Positions 14,680 through 27,058 of a stretch of DNA of 64,000 bases are shown piece after piece (position 1 is the stretch's first letter; the number at the start of each line of letters is the position of its first letter). The notes below the pieces were generated by a model. The model ran no database searches. It was not told the DNA's origin and saw only the letters and a list, made by a program, of their open reading frames with translations. The position numbers and the translations under genes were made by a program. Source of the stretch: the human T2T-CHM13v2.0 reference genome, Homo sapiens; assembly GCF_009914755.1 (NCBI RefSeq), contig NC_060925.1; one strand, given 5' to 3'.

Positions 14680-15170
14680 TAAGTGGTAGATGAAGAAAAT
14701 GTAATATGTATATACAATGGAATACTATTCAGCCATAAAAAAGGAGGAGCTCCTGTCATATGTGACATCAATGAACCTGGTAGACATTATGTTAAGTGAA
14801 ATAAGCCAGACACAAAAATAAGCCAGACACAAAAAGACAGATAGATACCACATGGTCTCACTTACACATGGGATCTTTAACAAATGTTGATCTCATAGAA
14901 GTAGTGAGTAAAATGGTGGTTACCAGAGGCTGGAGAGGGGAGGGGGAATGGGAAGATGGAGAGAGATGAGTCAATGGGTACAAAGTGACAGTTAGATAGA
15001 AGGAATAAGTTCTGGTGTTTTATTGCTCAGTAGGGTGGTTATAGTTAATAATAATGTATTGTATACTTGAAAATGCTAAGAAATTAAATCTTAAATGTTC
15101 TCACCAAGCACAAAAAAATGATAACTATGTGAAGTGATGGATATGTTAATACATTTGATTGTGGTAATCA
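14680..15170 (+). mobile_element. L1MA9-like 3' fragment
   Basis: 'ggaatactattcagccataaaaaagg...gataactatgtgaagtgatggatatgttaat'; contains a 17-bp tandem duplication at 14799-14832. Confidence 0.85.
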
Positions 15171-16429
15171 TTGAAAATGATGCAGATATCAACCCTATTA
15201 CTAAGTTGCCAGGAGACAGTGGGTGGGGAAGCCTCTGGAACAACTTCACAAAACAGAAGCTGATTGCCACCCAAAATGAGATACACTGGAGAAGTTGCAA
15301 ATTTAAAAAAGGAAGCCATCTACCAAAATGGATGTAACCACCTTTCATAGAACATATGTTTAAAAGAAAACATTTTATGTAGAAATATCTGAATGATGTG
15401 AGCAAATATTTGTTAATGGCCTCCCACACAAGGACTCAGTACATGGAAGAAGAAAGATTTGAACTTCTGACATTTTTTCTTGAGTTGTGCGGTTAGCTCA
15501 TTTATCTTCTGAGGGCAGGAAGTGACTCATTCTCATCTTTATATTCCCCGAAGTGTTTAGGAAGCCCCTTGCTAATATTCTAATACACGTTTGTTATTTG
15601 AGAAAATGTGGGCTTTGTAAGCACACAGGCTTGAGGGCCTATGCTGATATCACTAAACACTAGACATATAAGTGTTTGCCACGTTACTTCAGCATTCTGA
15701 TGTTGATTTCCTTCATTTCCAAATAACAATATATATGTTGAAAATTTGATGTAAGGAGCAAATAATATAACAATTGTGATATAATGCCTTAGCAGCTTTT
15801 AGCATAAAATCTAAGACGGATGGTACTGAATACACATTAGTTCTTTCTCTTTCTTTCCCTTTGTGTGTTTGTGTGTGTTTTTTTTTATACTTAACACTTG
15901 CTTTGCTGTGATAACCCTGTAACTTGCATTAATGGCTTTCTTCTCTGACTCTGGCTCAGCACATTCCTCCAGTATTCTCGATTTCCAGCTCCTGGTCCTG
16001 ACCCTCACAGACTCCCTGTGCAGACATGATCCACTCTGACACCCTTCTCCCCAGTCCCTCATTTCCAGGACCCCTCATTTCAGAAGTTCTTCCACCACAT
16101 TATCCTAACTTGCCCCATGCTTTTCTCTAATTCTGACCTACCTGGCTACTGACACTAGCTCCAGGTCCTTGCTGTAACTTCTCATTTCTCATACTTCTTG
16201 ATGCATTATCTCATATCATGGCCATCTTCCTGGAAATTTTTCTTCACCATTGATTCTATTCCACATCTATGACTTTTCTCAAAGTGCAGTTCAAATCCAC
16301 TTCCATAAAAGGCTCCATTCTCTTAGAAACAAGGAACAAACTAATCTTAGGTTGTTACCTGGAAGGTGGTCCATTCTCCTCAAGTCTTGCATGTGTCGTT
16401 TTCACTTGTGTAAGCTGCAGTGCACTGAG

Positions 16430-16670
16430 AAGGCAGCATGACCCGCTGAGTCCTATGTGGACTTTGAAGTCTGGAAGATTTGGGATTGAATCCTGGGTCG
16501 ACAAACCTGTATAACATTGGGTTAGTTACTTCGCCTATTTGTGCCTCCGTTTCCCTATCACTAAAGTGGAGATAAAACCTCATAGAGTCTCTCTGAGGAT
16601 TAAATGAGATGATGCAGTAAAACATTTAGCAAAGTTTCTAGGACATAATAAGGCTTAATGCAATGCTTAT
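16430..16670 (+). mobile_element. MIR
   Basis: 'gactttgaagtctgg...ttgaatcctgg...tgaggattaaatgagatgatgc'. Confidence 0.75.
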
Positions 16671-18529
16671 TTTTGTTAACAGGCTTGTTTGTGTGTGTTT
16701 GTGTGTGTGTGTGGCTATGGTATATTACTTCCCAAATTACCTTGCATTTAATTGTCCATGATATTTAATCAATGTTGAATTTGTCATAATTTTTCAAAGA
16801 ATAAGATGTTTCTTATGTCACTTGTAAATTTAACTTATATCTCTTTGAGTAAATATCTAATATGGTGCCATGCATATATTAGAGCTGAATTATTCTCTGA
16901 TAGGTAAAAGAATTATCCAGTCTATATATGAATGCTATTTTTATTTCATCATGTCTAACCACTACCACTTAGAGCTCATAAAATGTACAACTATTAAAAC
17001 CATACAGCTGAATCTTGGGACAAAATAAAAGTAGACTTTGGAAATAAGATTTAGTCACATCTGAATTTCATTTCATTTTGATAATGTCTGTACTCATTTC
17101 ACTATTATTTTATTTGCTATTGTTGACATTTTGCAATAGTTTGTAACAAATTTAACAACCAAATTTTTAAAGCTTATTAAGATATATGTATACATATATA
17201 CATACACAAACATATACATATATAAATATGTGTAAATATAGTTAAAATAATAATATCTAAAAATAACTTATAAACTTATTCACCTGAATCTGTGTTCATC
17301 CAAGCACCTGCTAAAAATGCAAGAGGACATTGCCATATACATGCATTATCACTGAGAGGTAAGTAGAAAAATGAAAGGAGTGTAATTTCCTACATATATA
17401 CCACAGATTCCATCTATTATACCAATATTCTCACAAAAAAATTGTGCCTTATTATTCAGGTGCTGGTGTTTTAGAAAGAAAAGTTATGTATTTCCTAATA
17501 AAGTAGAGAGAGTTTTCTATGCAATATCTATAGCTATATAGTATGTGTACCTTGGTTCCATTTTCTGTCGTTCTTGGGCTAGTTGTTAATGAATGAACAT
17601 ATGCTCCTAATCTATTTTTACTGCATCAATAATTCCTATTTTACACTTTGAACTCCTGGAGGTCACAGTATAGAACCTACATGACAGGTAGTAATCGAGT
17701 TCCATTTTTATGGTAGTAAAAAGAAAAGGAGAAGGAAATATGAAGGGAAATAAGATATACTGTAATTGTTTATTAAGTGAATCAAATGGCAGAAAAACGG
17801 ATGTTAAAAAGTAATGAAGAGCAAGCAACCATAAGCATAGTTCTCACTAACCCTCAGAGCTACAAAAATTTGTAGGTCATATAATTCGGTTCATTTGATG
17901 GGGAATAGCCTGTCCTTGCAATTGAATTTCAAAATCGGTCTTGACTCCAAAGACATGATGGATATGACAGGTTCAAAATGAGAAAGCTAATCGTTCCTAA
18001 GCATACACAGAGTTAATTGGAGACCCAAACTTCCCTACCTAACACTGCCCCCTTTATCCCTCTTCTATTGCACCTCCCCTCACAGCTCATCCCTTTCTTT
18101 CCTCTTTTTGAATCTATTCCAGGAGATTCTGGGTTAAAAGCCCTTCCTACAGGTATTTTTCTCTTGTCACTTGTCTTATCAAAGGGAAGCTATCTGTAGT
18201 GTTTGTCTCCTGAGGAGTCTTAGACAGCAGGTCTTGTCACTTGAATATGATTATGGGTTTGTTGGGGTACCCAAGTGTCCCAATTGGTGGCTGTGTCTAA
18301 GGAAAAGTAATACTAATTATTGTAATTTATCCAAATGTCTTAGAATCTGTACCTAATCACTATGCAACACAATAACATTTATGCATATCTTTAAGCGTGT
18401 CAGATTAATTTCATAAGACATTTGGTTTACTTTTTATATTGAACACAGATCATGCTTATTTTGTTTTTATGGCTTGTACACACCTGGCTCTGCATGAAAT
18501 TTGAAATAATTAAAGGGAAAAATAATCAG

Positions 18530-18700
18530 AAGCCGAGTCCTGCTCTGAACTTAGGTAGCTAGTGACCTTGGGCAAAGCATTCAATTTCTTTGAGCATCAG
18601 CTTCCACAGTTTTAAAAAATAAGGTCCACATAAATTGTAAGGCTATTATGAAGTAAAGTAAGAAAATAGATATCAAGCATTGTACAAAACACAAATTTAT
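18530..18700 (+). mobile_element. MIR
   Basis: 'gtgaccttgggcaaagcattcaatttctttgagcatcagcttcc'. Confidence 0.65.
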
Positions 18701-18777
18701 CTGCAAGTGGAAGACTCCTGTAATACAAAATATCTGGAACTTAGTATTCATTCTTTCATTTATTCAACAATTTGTTT

Positions 18778-19652
18778 TCTTTATTTTTAATCAACAAAGA
18801 AAAATAGTATATATTTATGGTGTAAAACATAATGTTTTGATACATGTATACATTATGGAATGGCTAAATCAAGCTATTTGACATATGCATTACCTTACCT
18901 CACATACTTATTTTTTGTGTTGAGAACACTTTCAATCCACTCTTAGCAATTTTTAAGTATACAATATATAGTTATTAACTATAGTCGCCACAATATACAA
19001 TGAATCTCTTGAACTTATTCCTCCTTTCTAACTGAAATTTTATACCATTTGCCCAACATCTCCTCAATCCTCTTCCTCCCAGCCTCTGCTAATCATAATT
19101 TTACTATTTCTATGAGTTCAACTTTATTAGCTCCCACATACGAGTAAGATCATGTGGTTTTGGCCTTTCTGTGCTTGGTTTCTTTCACATAACATAATGT
19201 CCTCCAAGTTCATCCATGTTGTTGCAAATGGCAGGACTTGTTTCTTTTTTTAAGGGTCAATAGTATTGTATATACATATCACATTTTTAAAATCTGTTCA
19301 TCCATTGATGGACACCTAAGTTGATTCTATATCTTGGCTGTTGTGAATAATCTTTAGTGAATGTGGAAATGCAGGTATCTCTTTGATGTGCTGATTTCAT
19401 TTCCTTTGGCTATATATCCAAAAGTGCGATTTCAGAAAAATATGGTAGTCTATTTTGAATTTTCTTAGGAATTTCCATGCTGTTTTCATAATGCTGGTAA
19501 TAATTTATGTTCCCATCAACATGGAACAAGGATTCCCTTTTCTCCACATCCTTGTCAACACTTGTTATTCCTCATCTTTTGATAGTAGCTATTCTAACAG
19601 GTGTGAGGTAATATGTTATCATGGTTTTAATTTGCATTTCCCTGATAATCAA
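18778..19652 (-). mobile_element. L1MA (about MA8) 3' fragment
   Basis: Reverse 3'UTR 'ggaatggctaaatcaagcta', 'catccatgttgttgcaaatggcaggac', 'ttctaacaggtgtgagg'. Confidence 0.85.
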
Positions 19653-19654
19653 TA

Positions 19655-20260
19655 ATCATCAAATTTTTGATCACCTCTTCTCTGATAGACTATGTGCTTG
19701 GATTATGACTTAACAAAAAAAGTCATTGCCACATCTTCATGAAACTTAAAACATATATTTAAAGATTTACATGTTAAGCTTAACATCTCATCTTTAATAA
19801 ATGCCAGAAATAAAAGGTATAAGGTGATATGATAAACAATAGTAGAATCTGACTTAGGGAGACGCAAAATGTTCTCTGGAGAGGTGCTCATGGAAATAAG
19901 ATCTAAAGGAAGATTAGAAGTCAACTGAAGAAAGAGTAGAACTTCCTCAACAAGGAAACAGGATATACAAACCCAGTGACTAATGAGAGAAAAATAAGTC
20001 TGAAGTATTGAAAATGAGGAGTATGGATGTAGAAATGAGCCTGGAGAAGAGGATGAAAACCAGACCTGCAAAATCAAAACAGTTTGGGATTTAATCTAAA
20101 CGATCAATAAATACACACTTAGATATTTTAAGGAGGATGGCCAGTGGCATGATGATCAGAATTTTTTCTTTGAAGTTCATTCTAGCTGAATTTTGGAGAA
20201 ATTCTAGAGGAAAACTATTGATGGGCCATGATCGATGGCCTATATTAAGAAATGAGCCCA
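19655..20260 (-). mobile_element. L2 fragment
   Basis: Degenerate reverse L2 3' region continuing from 'ttcatttattcaacaa' at about 18755. Confidence 0.5.
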
Positions 20261-20464
20261 CAGAAAATATTTGTTTGATGTAAAATAGTCAAAGTGGACA
20301 GAAGATCATAGTACAACCAAATGTTTGTATGTCCTCTTGGCCTTCTCCCAGCACAGCATTCATCCTACCACCTGTGACTGTGTAATAAAAGACAGAAAAA
20401 AATCAACTTTCACTTCTAGGGAAATATTTGTACCCTGCAGGTGTTAAATACAATTATTGTTGCA

Positions 20465-21270
20465 TTCATTGGTGTAACGCTAGTGGCTATAAAAAATAAA
20501 CTTCACTATTTCATTGTTTTATTTATTTATATTTTTTCAGACTGGGCCTCACCCTGTTACCCCGGCTAGAGTGTAATGGCATGATCTCGACTCACTGTAG
20601 CCTCAATCTCCCTGAACTTAAGCGATCTTCCCACCTCAGCCTCTAGAGTAGCTGGGACTACAGGCATGTGCCAACATGCCCAGCTAACTTTTTTAGTTTG
20701 TTTGTTTGTTTGCTTGCTTGCTTGTTTGTTTGTAGAAATAGGTTCTCTCCTATGTTGCCCAGGCTGGTCTGGAACTCTTGGCCTCAAGTGATCCTCCCAT
20801 CTCAGCCTCCCAAAATGCTGAGATTACAGGTGTAAGCCACCGCACCTAGCCTATTTCATTGTTTTGAACAAAATAGGTTTATTTTTCCCTCACATAACAC
20901 TTCGGTGTAGGTGTCCTGAACTACAGGCATCTTTCCCCCATACTGTGATTCAAGACTTCAGGATTGTGCCATTCCTTTTTTTGCTGTGACTGTGTCATTC
21001 CCTAAGGTCTTATGGTCCTCTGATCCATGCAGAAGTAAAATTGAAAACAGAGAAGGCACAATGACCAACTAAGTGCTTTGGTCTAGAGGTGACACACATT
21101 GCTTTCACTTACATCCAGAACCAACCACATTGCTCCAAATAGAAGCAGGGGTGTAGGTCCAGTGGGAGGGGACAGTGAGATCTTCGCTGGGCAGCTTCTT
21201 TCCAAGCCCAGCTATAATAGAAGAAACAGCACAAATTATTGGTGGACATTTAGCTATTTTTATCAAAACT
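20465..21270. mobile_element. Old ERVL/MaLR LTR (LTR33/MLT1-like), split by the Alu
   Basis: 'aggtttatttttccctcacataac', 'gaggtgacacacattgctttcacttacat'. Confidence 0.45.
20521..20851 (-). mobile_element. AluJ with (TTTG)n/(CTTG)n microsatellite in the linker
   Basis: Full Alu; perfect TSD tatttcattgtttt at 20507-20520 and 20852-20865. Confidence 0.92.
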
Positions 21271-21315
21271 AAAGTTTGACCATAAAAGAAGGCAAAACCT
21301 GTCCCAATCAGATTG

Positions 21316-21618
21316 GAGGATCAGCAAACTATGCATGAGCCAAATACAGCCTGTTGTTTGTTTTTTATATGCGATGAACTAAAAATGGTTTTTACATTTA
21401 TAAATGGTGGGAAAAAGAAGAATATTTTCTGGCACATTAAAACTATATGAAGTTCAAATTTCAGGGGTTACAAATAAAGTTTTGTGGAGATACAGCTACA
21501 CTCACTCATTTACATATTGTCTAGGACTATCTTCACGCTACAATGGCATAGTTGATTAGTTGTGACAGACAACATATGACCCACAAGCTCTTTACAGAAA
21601 AAGTTTTCTGACCTTTGT
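21316..21618 (-). mobile_element. MER58B
   Basis: 'cagcaaactatg...aaataaagttttgtggagatacagc...tttacagaaaaagttttctgacc'. Confidence 0.8.
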
Positions 21619-22419
21619 TTAGAACAATGCTTTAGTGCTAAAGAATTTATGTGCATTTAGCTAAAGCTCAACTTGTCAATGTTTTGAACCTCTAAAATAT
21701 ATTTAGTTGGAGTATTTTGCACAAAGCTTTTTTATTGCCACATCTTATTCTCTTATTGAATTATACTATACTGGACATTGTCTGCAGGTACTAATCACAT
21801 ATGTGGAACTGTGCCACCATTAAATTATGCATGTAAGATGCTTCAACATTGTCAAAGGCTGACCATGGCTCTGTGGCATGGACAATAATATAATGTTAAT
21901 CTTTTTGAAATATGTATGTCAGAACCACAAAAGAAAACTACTTCAAGTTAGGTCCTTATGAAATTAAAACTACAGAAGATACTGACATCATTGCATAACA
22001 GAGCCTCACAGACCAGATAACTCCCATTAGAGAAGCTGCATTCGGTGTTGGTATCAAATAACTTTGAAGTGTTACAATAATAACGATTTTTAAGATCTGG
22101 ATGAATGTAATCAGGAAACCTCTATATTTTACACATGATAAATTATTTGGCTCTTAGTTTGATCCCACTAAGCTGATTCTTGTGAATCATGTTTCCCTCT
22201 TAAAGAATGTATTTTACTATTTGATAAAACAGAGGGCGTCATCTGAGAGGGATTCAGTTTTCTACACGTTGCTAAATTATCAACAAAAATTAAAAAAAAT
22301 TGAGAAAAATATATCTACTCTTGGCATACAAATGTATAGTGATAATTGGCATATGCTTCAGTGAGACCAACCAGAAAAGAGGGGAAGATATGTGCTTCTA
22401 AAGAAAATTCCTTTTTTCA

Positions 22420-22580
22420 GTATACTGAAGGACTTCCACCATTTAACCCCTCTGAGCCTTTATTTTCCAATCTGTAAAATGGGAATAAAATCATCTATTT
22501 ACTAGCTGTGGTCCTAAATTTAACCATGCAAAGTGTTAAGCATCCTGTCTGGCAAATACTATAATGTTTAATTGTTAGTT
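22420..22580 (+). mobile_element. MIR
   Basis: 'atttaacccctctgagcc...tctgtaaaatgggaataa'. Confidence 0.65.
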
Positions 22581-23147
22581 TCTTATTTAGTCCACATTTC
22601 TTTCTGGGTTCCCACGATGGGTCAAATTGCTGTCTTTCATCATTTCAGAAACATTTATTCATTTCTAGATGTGTTAATTAATTTGCCAAAAAATAAAATC
22701 ACTTTATCAATACTTGTCTAGACTCTATGGAAAGTCAGATATATTACAATTCTGGGAAGAACTTAAAAATAAATGAGGACACAGAAATTGCTACAAAATT
22801 TTTTAGCAACCGTATGAGGTTGGGTATAAACTATACACACATTAAACATAATTTAGAAAGATTCAAACTTTACAAATTTCATAGATTTAAAAAAATTTCA
22901 TGGATTTGTAATTTACATGAATTTTATGGATTTCACATAAATCCCCAATGATTTACATTTCAGAAGTTATTTTCTGGAAGAGATAATATTATTTATGAAG
23001 GTTGAGGCCACAGACCAATCCACATGGGTCTAATTATTTTATTCTTTTTTTTCAACAAACATTTAACAAGCATCTACTGTGTGTAAGACACCAACGTAGT
23101 CACTGCAATACAACTGAGAAAAACGTGAAATAAAAAAGTGAGTCATT

Positions 23148-24407
23148 CACTTTTCAGAAGAAGATATACATGCAGCCAACAAGCATATGAATAAAAGCTC
23201 AATATTGCTGATCATTAGAGAAATGCAAATCGAAACCACAATGTGATACCCTCTTACACCAGTCACAGAGGTTATTATTAAAATGACAAAAAATAACAGG
23301 TGCTGGCAAGGTTGAAGAGAAAAGGGAACACTTTGTATACACTGTTGGGGGTAGTGTTAATTAGTTCAAGCATTGTGGAAAGCAGTGTGGCAATTCCCCA
23401 AAAAGCTAAAAACAGAGCTAACATTCAACCCACCAATTCCATTACTGGTTATATACCCAGAGGAATATAAATCATTCTACCATAAAGACACATGTATGTG
23501 AATGTTCATTGCAGCACTATTCATAATAGCAAAAATATGGTGTATTAGTCCATTTTTACACTGCTATAAAGTTACAATCTGAGACTGGGTGATTTATGAA
23601 CAAAAGAGGTTTAATTGACTCACAGTTCTGCATGGCTTGGGAGGCCTCAGGAAACTTACAATTATGGCAGAAGGTGAAGGGGAAGCAAGGCATGTCTTAC
23701 GTGGTGGCAGAAGAGAAAGAAGGTGAAGGGAAAACTGCCATTTTTAAAACCATCAGACCTCATGAGAACTCCCTCACTATCATAAGAACAGTGTCGGGGA
23801 AACTGCCTCCATGATCCAATCACCCCCCACCAGGTCCCTCCCTCAACATGTTGGAATTACAATTTGAGATGAGATTTGGGTGGGGACACAGAGCCAAATT
23901 ATATCACATGGAGTCAACCTAAATGCCCATCAATGACAGATCGGATGAAGAAAATGTGGTACATACATAAGACAGAATACTATGCAGCCATAAAAAATGA
24001 GACAATGTCTTTTGTGGGAACATGGATGGAGCTTGAGGCCATTGTCCCTAGTTGCAGCCATAAAAAATGAGATAATGTCTTTTGTGGGAACATGGATGGA
24101 GCTTGAGGCCATTGTCCCTAGTAAACCAACACAGGAACAGAAAACCAAATACAACATGTTCTCACTCATAAGTCGGAGCTAAATGATGAGAACTCATCAA
24201 CATAAAGAAGGAAACAACAGACACAGGGTCTACTTGAGGATGGAGGGTGAGAGGAGGGAGAGGAGTCGAAAAAATAACTATTGGGTACTAGGCTTAGTAC
24301 CCGAATGATGAAATAATCTGTACAACAAACCTCTGTGACACAGTTTACCTATATAACAAACCTGTGCATGTACCCCTGAACCTAAAATAAAAGTTAAAAG
24401 AAGAGAG
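23148..24407 (+). mobile_element. 5'-truncated L1PA (about PA14-16), interrupted by THE1
   Basis: ORF2 end and 3'UTR 'ataactattgggtactaggcttagtacc'; TSD aaaaaagtgagtcatt / aaagaagtgagtcatt. Confidence 0.9.
23541..23906 (-). mobile_element. THE1D/MSTA-like MaLR solo LTR
   Basis: 'tgtattagtcc...gagatgagatttgggtggggacacagagccaaattatatca'; TSD tatgg/catgg. Confidence 0.88.
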
Positions 24408-24624
24408 AAAGAAGTGAGTCATTATGTAAATTAACCTATAGACCCAACTAAATCATATATAGTTAGATAATGTAACAAGACCTAGAAAGATAAACAACGA
24501 TGTCCTAAGAGTAAAGACAGCTGATGCACAATTTTGTATTTAGGGCTTTAGGAAAGCTATGAGAAAATAACATGTGAGCTAAGAAACAAAAGGTGAGTTG
24601 ACTTAGCCAACTGAAGATTTGGGT

Positions 24625-25010
24625 TGTAGATATTTTCTCTTTGTCTTACCAAATTCACCCTTCTCTCTGCTCTGTGCAGCAGAAAGCTGACTCACATGGA
24701 CTTTGTTAACGGGGTTGCCTTTACCTCTGACTTCAGGTTGAATTTGGCCAATGGATAAAGGATGTTATAGGATGGGAGAAAAATAAATTAGGTATTTATT
24801 TTCTGTTTTATTTATTTATTTATTTCTGTTTTATTAAGGCATGGGTTTTATTAAGCCTTTCTACTAAAGGCTATAACTCCTGTCAGTTGCCTTTCTCTGT
24901 ACAGTTGTTTTTTCTAATTGTAGCAAAAATTCCCTCTTATTACCCTTTTAGGCCGAGGAGTAGTAACAGCCTCCCCACCCTTACTAGTCCAGAGGGACTT
25001 TAATGATAGC
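24625..25010 (+). mobile_element. ERVL-class LTR (LTR40/41-like), probably the 5' LTR of the adjacent internal region
   Basis: 'ctgctctgtgc..agaaagctgac...ctctgacttcaggttgaatttggccaatgg'. Confidence 0.5.
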
Positions 25011-25396
25011 ATAAGAGGAAGTACCGCAGGAGAACAAGACACTGGGAGAACAAATGGCTATGTTAATTGATCACTGTGACAGCAATAATGATTATAGTGA
25101 TTATGACATCAGCTGAATGTTTCAGATGATCCTACAGAGATTACCTAAGAAAAAATTGAAGGCTGTGAATTTCTAACTCAAGATCTGAGCTAAAAATCAT
25201 AAGCCTTAATGGCAGCTCTGAGAGACCTCTCATCTATTGTCATCACAGGGAAGATAACGGCTGCCAACCAAGCCCAAAACTTGATTGTTAAAGGGTTATA
25301 TGATGGCAATACAGATTAGATGCTTAAATGCCCTGTGCTAAAATCAGGTTAGTAGTGGGAAGAAGGAGAACCGTTGAGTTAAATCTATTTTGATAG

Positions 25397-25753
25397 TGTC
25401 TCAGTCCATTCTGGTGGCTATAACAAAATATACTGGGTAATTTAAAAACTATTACCCAAGTTCTGGAGGCTGGGAAGTGCTAGATCCAGGCTCCAGCAGG
25501 TTCAGTACTTGGTGAGGGCTCACTCTGTTTCTAAGATGGTACTTTCTAGCTAGTCCTCACATGGTGAAAAGGTAAAAGTGCTCCCTCACTCAGGCCTCTT
25601 TTATAAGGGCACTAATCCCATTCATGAGGTCTCTGGTCTCATTACCTAATTACCTCCCAAAGGTTCCATCTCTTAATTCTATCACCTTGAGGGTTAGGTT
25701 TCAACATACAATTTTTGGGAACATTCAGATCAGGAAGGTTTGGAAACATAGCA
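25397..25753 (-). mobile_element. MLT1A-like MaLR solo LTR
   Basis: 'tgtctcagtccatt...agttctggaggctgggaagt...ataagggcactaatcccattcatgagg...catagca'; TSD gatag/ggtag. Confidence 0.85.
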
Positions 25754-26634
25754 GGTAGAAAATGTTACATGAAAACCCATAGAACTCTCCACCTTCCTCC
25801 TCTCTTTTCCTCTGTCAAGAAAAGTAAGCCAAATGCAATTTTGCATTCCTGGAGTAATTATAGAGGTTAGTAAAATCTTTAAATACTTTAAACATTCATG
25901 TAAGATCTATAATATTCCAATTTCTCATAGTTGTATGTCTGGTTCACAAACCAAATGGGTCATGGAAAAATGAAAGTAGATTATTATAGACTTAATTAGG
26001 GGGAAATACCAATAACAAGTGAATTTTCTGCATGTGATGTCTTTAATGAAGGAAATCAGCCCAATCCCTGGCAGCTAGCATGCAGCTATTGACCTAATTA
26101 ACCTGGAATTCTTTTTCTATACCTTTAAGCAAAGATAATCAAGAATTTGCCTTCACAGATACCACAGCATACATTTATGGTCTTGCCTCAAAGCTATGGC
26201 ACCTCTCCCGTGGTGTCATAATATAGTCTTGAGGGCCCCTTGATCATCTTGGTATCCTACAGAACATAACCCTGGTCCATTACACTTGTGACATTTTGCT
26301 AACTGGATCTAATGAACAGGAAGGGCAAGCATTTTCGATGCTTTGGTGAGACATGTGCATGCCAGAAAGTAGAAAATAAGGCCTATAAAAATTCAGGAGA
26401 ATATTATATTCTGAAGATCTAATAGTCCAAGGACTGTCAGTATATCCTCTTCTTAGTAAAAGACAAGTTGCTATATATTGTACTGAGAGCACACACACAC
26501 AAACACACACACACACAAAAGTGCAATTCTTGGTAAGTTTCTCTGTGTTTGGGAAGCAACATAAACCATATATGTGAACCTGTACAGATTTCTAGTTTTT
26601 TTGTGTGCAAGCTTGCAAATTCACCACCCCTTCC

Positions 26635-27058
26635 TGCAATGACTGAAGATAAGTCCCCTCCGAAGCTCATGTTGAAATTGAATCTCTAATGTGGCAGTAT
26701 GGAGAGGTGGAGCCTTTAAAATGCTATTAGGTCCATTAATCCATTAACCCATTCTTATAAAGTCCCCAGTCCCACTTCCATGATAACCCATTAATTCAAG
26801 AATTAAGTAGTTCATGGGAACTTTAGAAGAAGAAGAAAGACCTGAGTGACCATGCTTATCCCCCTCACCCCTCACATGATTCCCTGTGCCACCTCAGGAT
26901 GCTGCAGAAAGTTCTCAATAGCAACCAGGCTCTCACCAGATGTGCCCCCTTGACCTTGGACTTCTCATTTTCCAGAACTGTAAGAAATAGATTTTGTTTC
27001 TTACAAATTACCCAGTTTCAGGTATTCTGTCATAAGCAGCAGAAAACAGACTATGACA
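26635..27058 (+). mobile_element. MSTB/MSTC-like MaLR solo LTR with an internal inverted segment
   Basis: 'gtcccctccgaagctcatgttgaaattg...ggtattctgtcataagcagcagaaaacagactatgaca'; TSD cttcc/ctccc. Confidence 0.8.

Noticed and set aside
17290-18160. Possible small plus-strand exons 17305-17358 and 18123-18152
   Set aside because: Each has only one strong splice site.
22873-22935. Three spaced copies of aattt(c/t)at(g/a)gattt, superficially repeat-spacer-like
   Set aside because: Short, irregular and low-complexity in eukaryotic DNA; not a CRISPR-like array.
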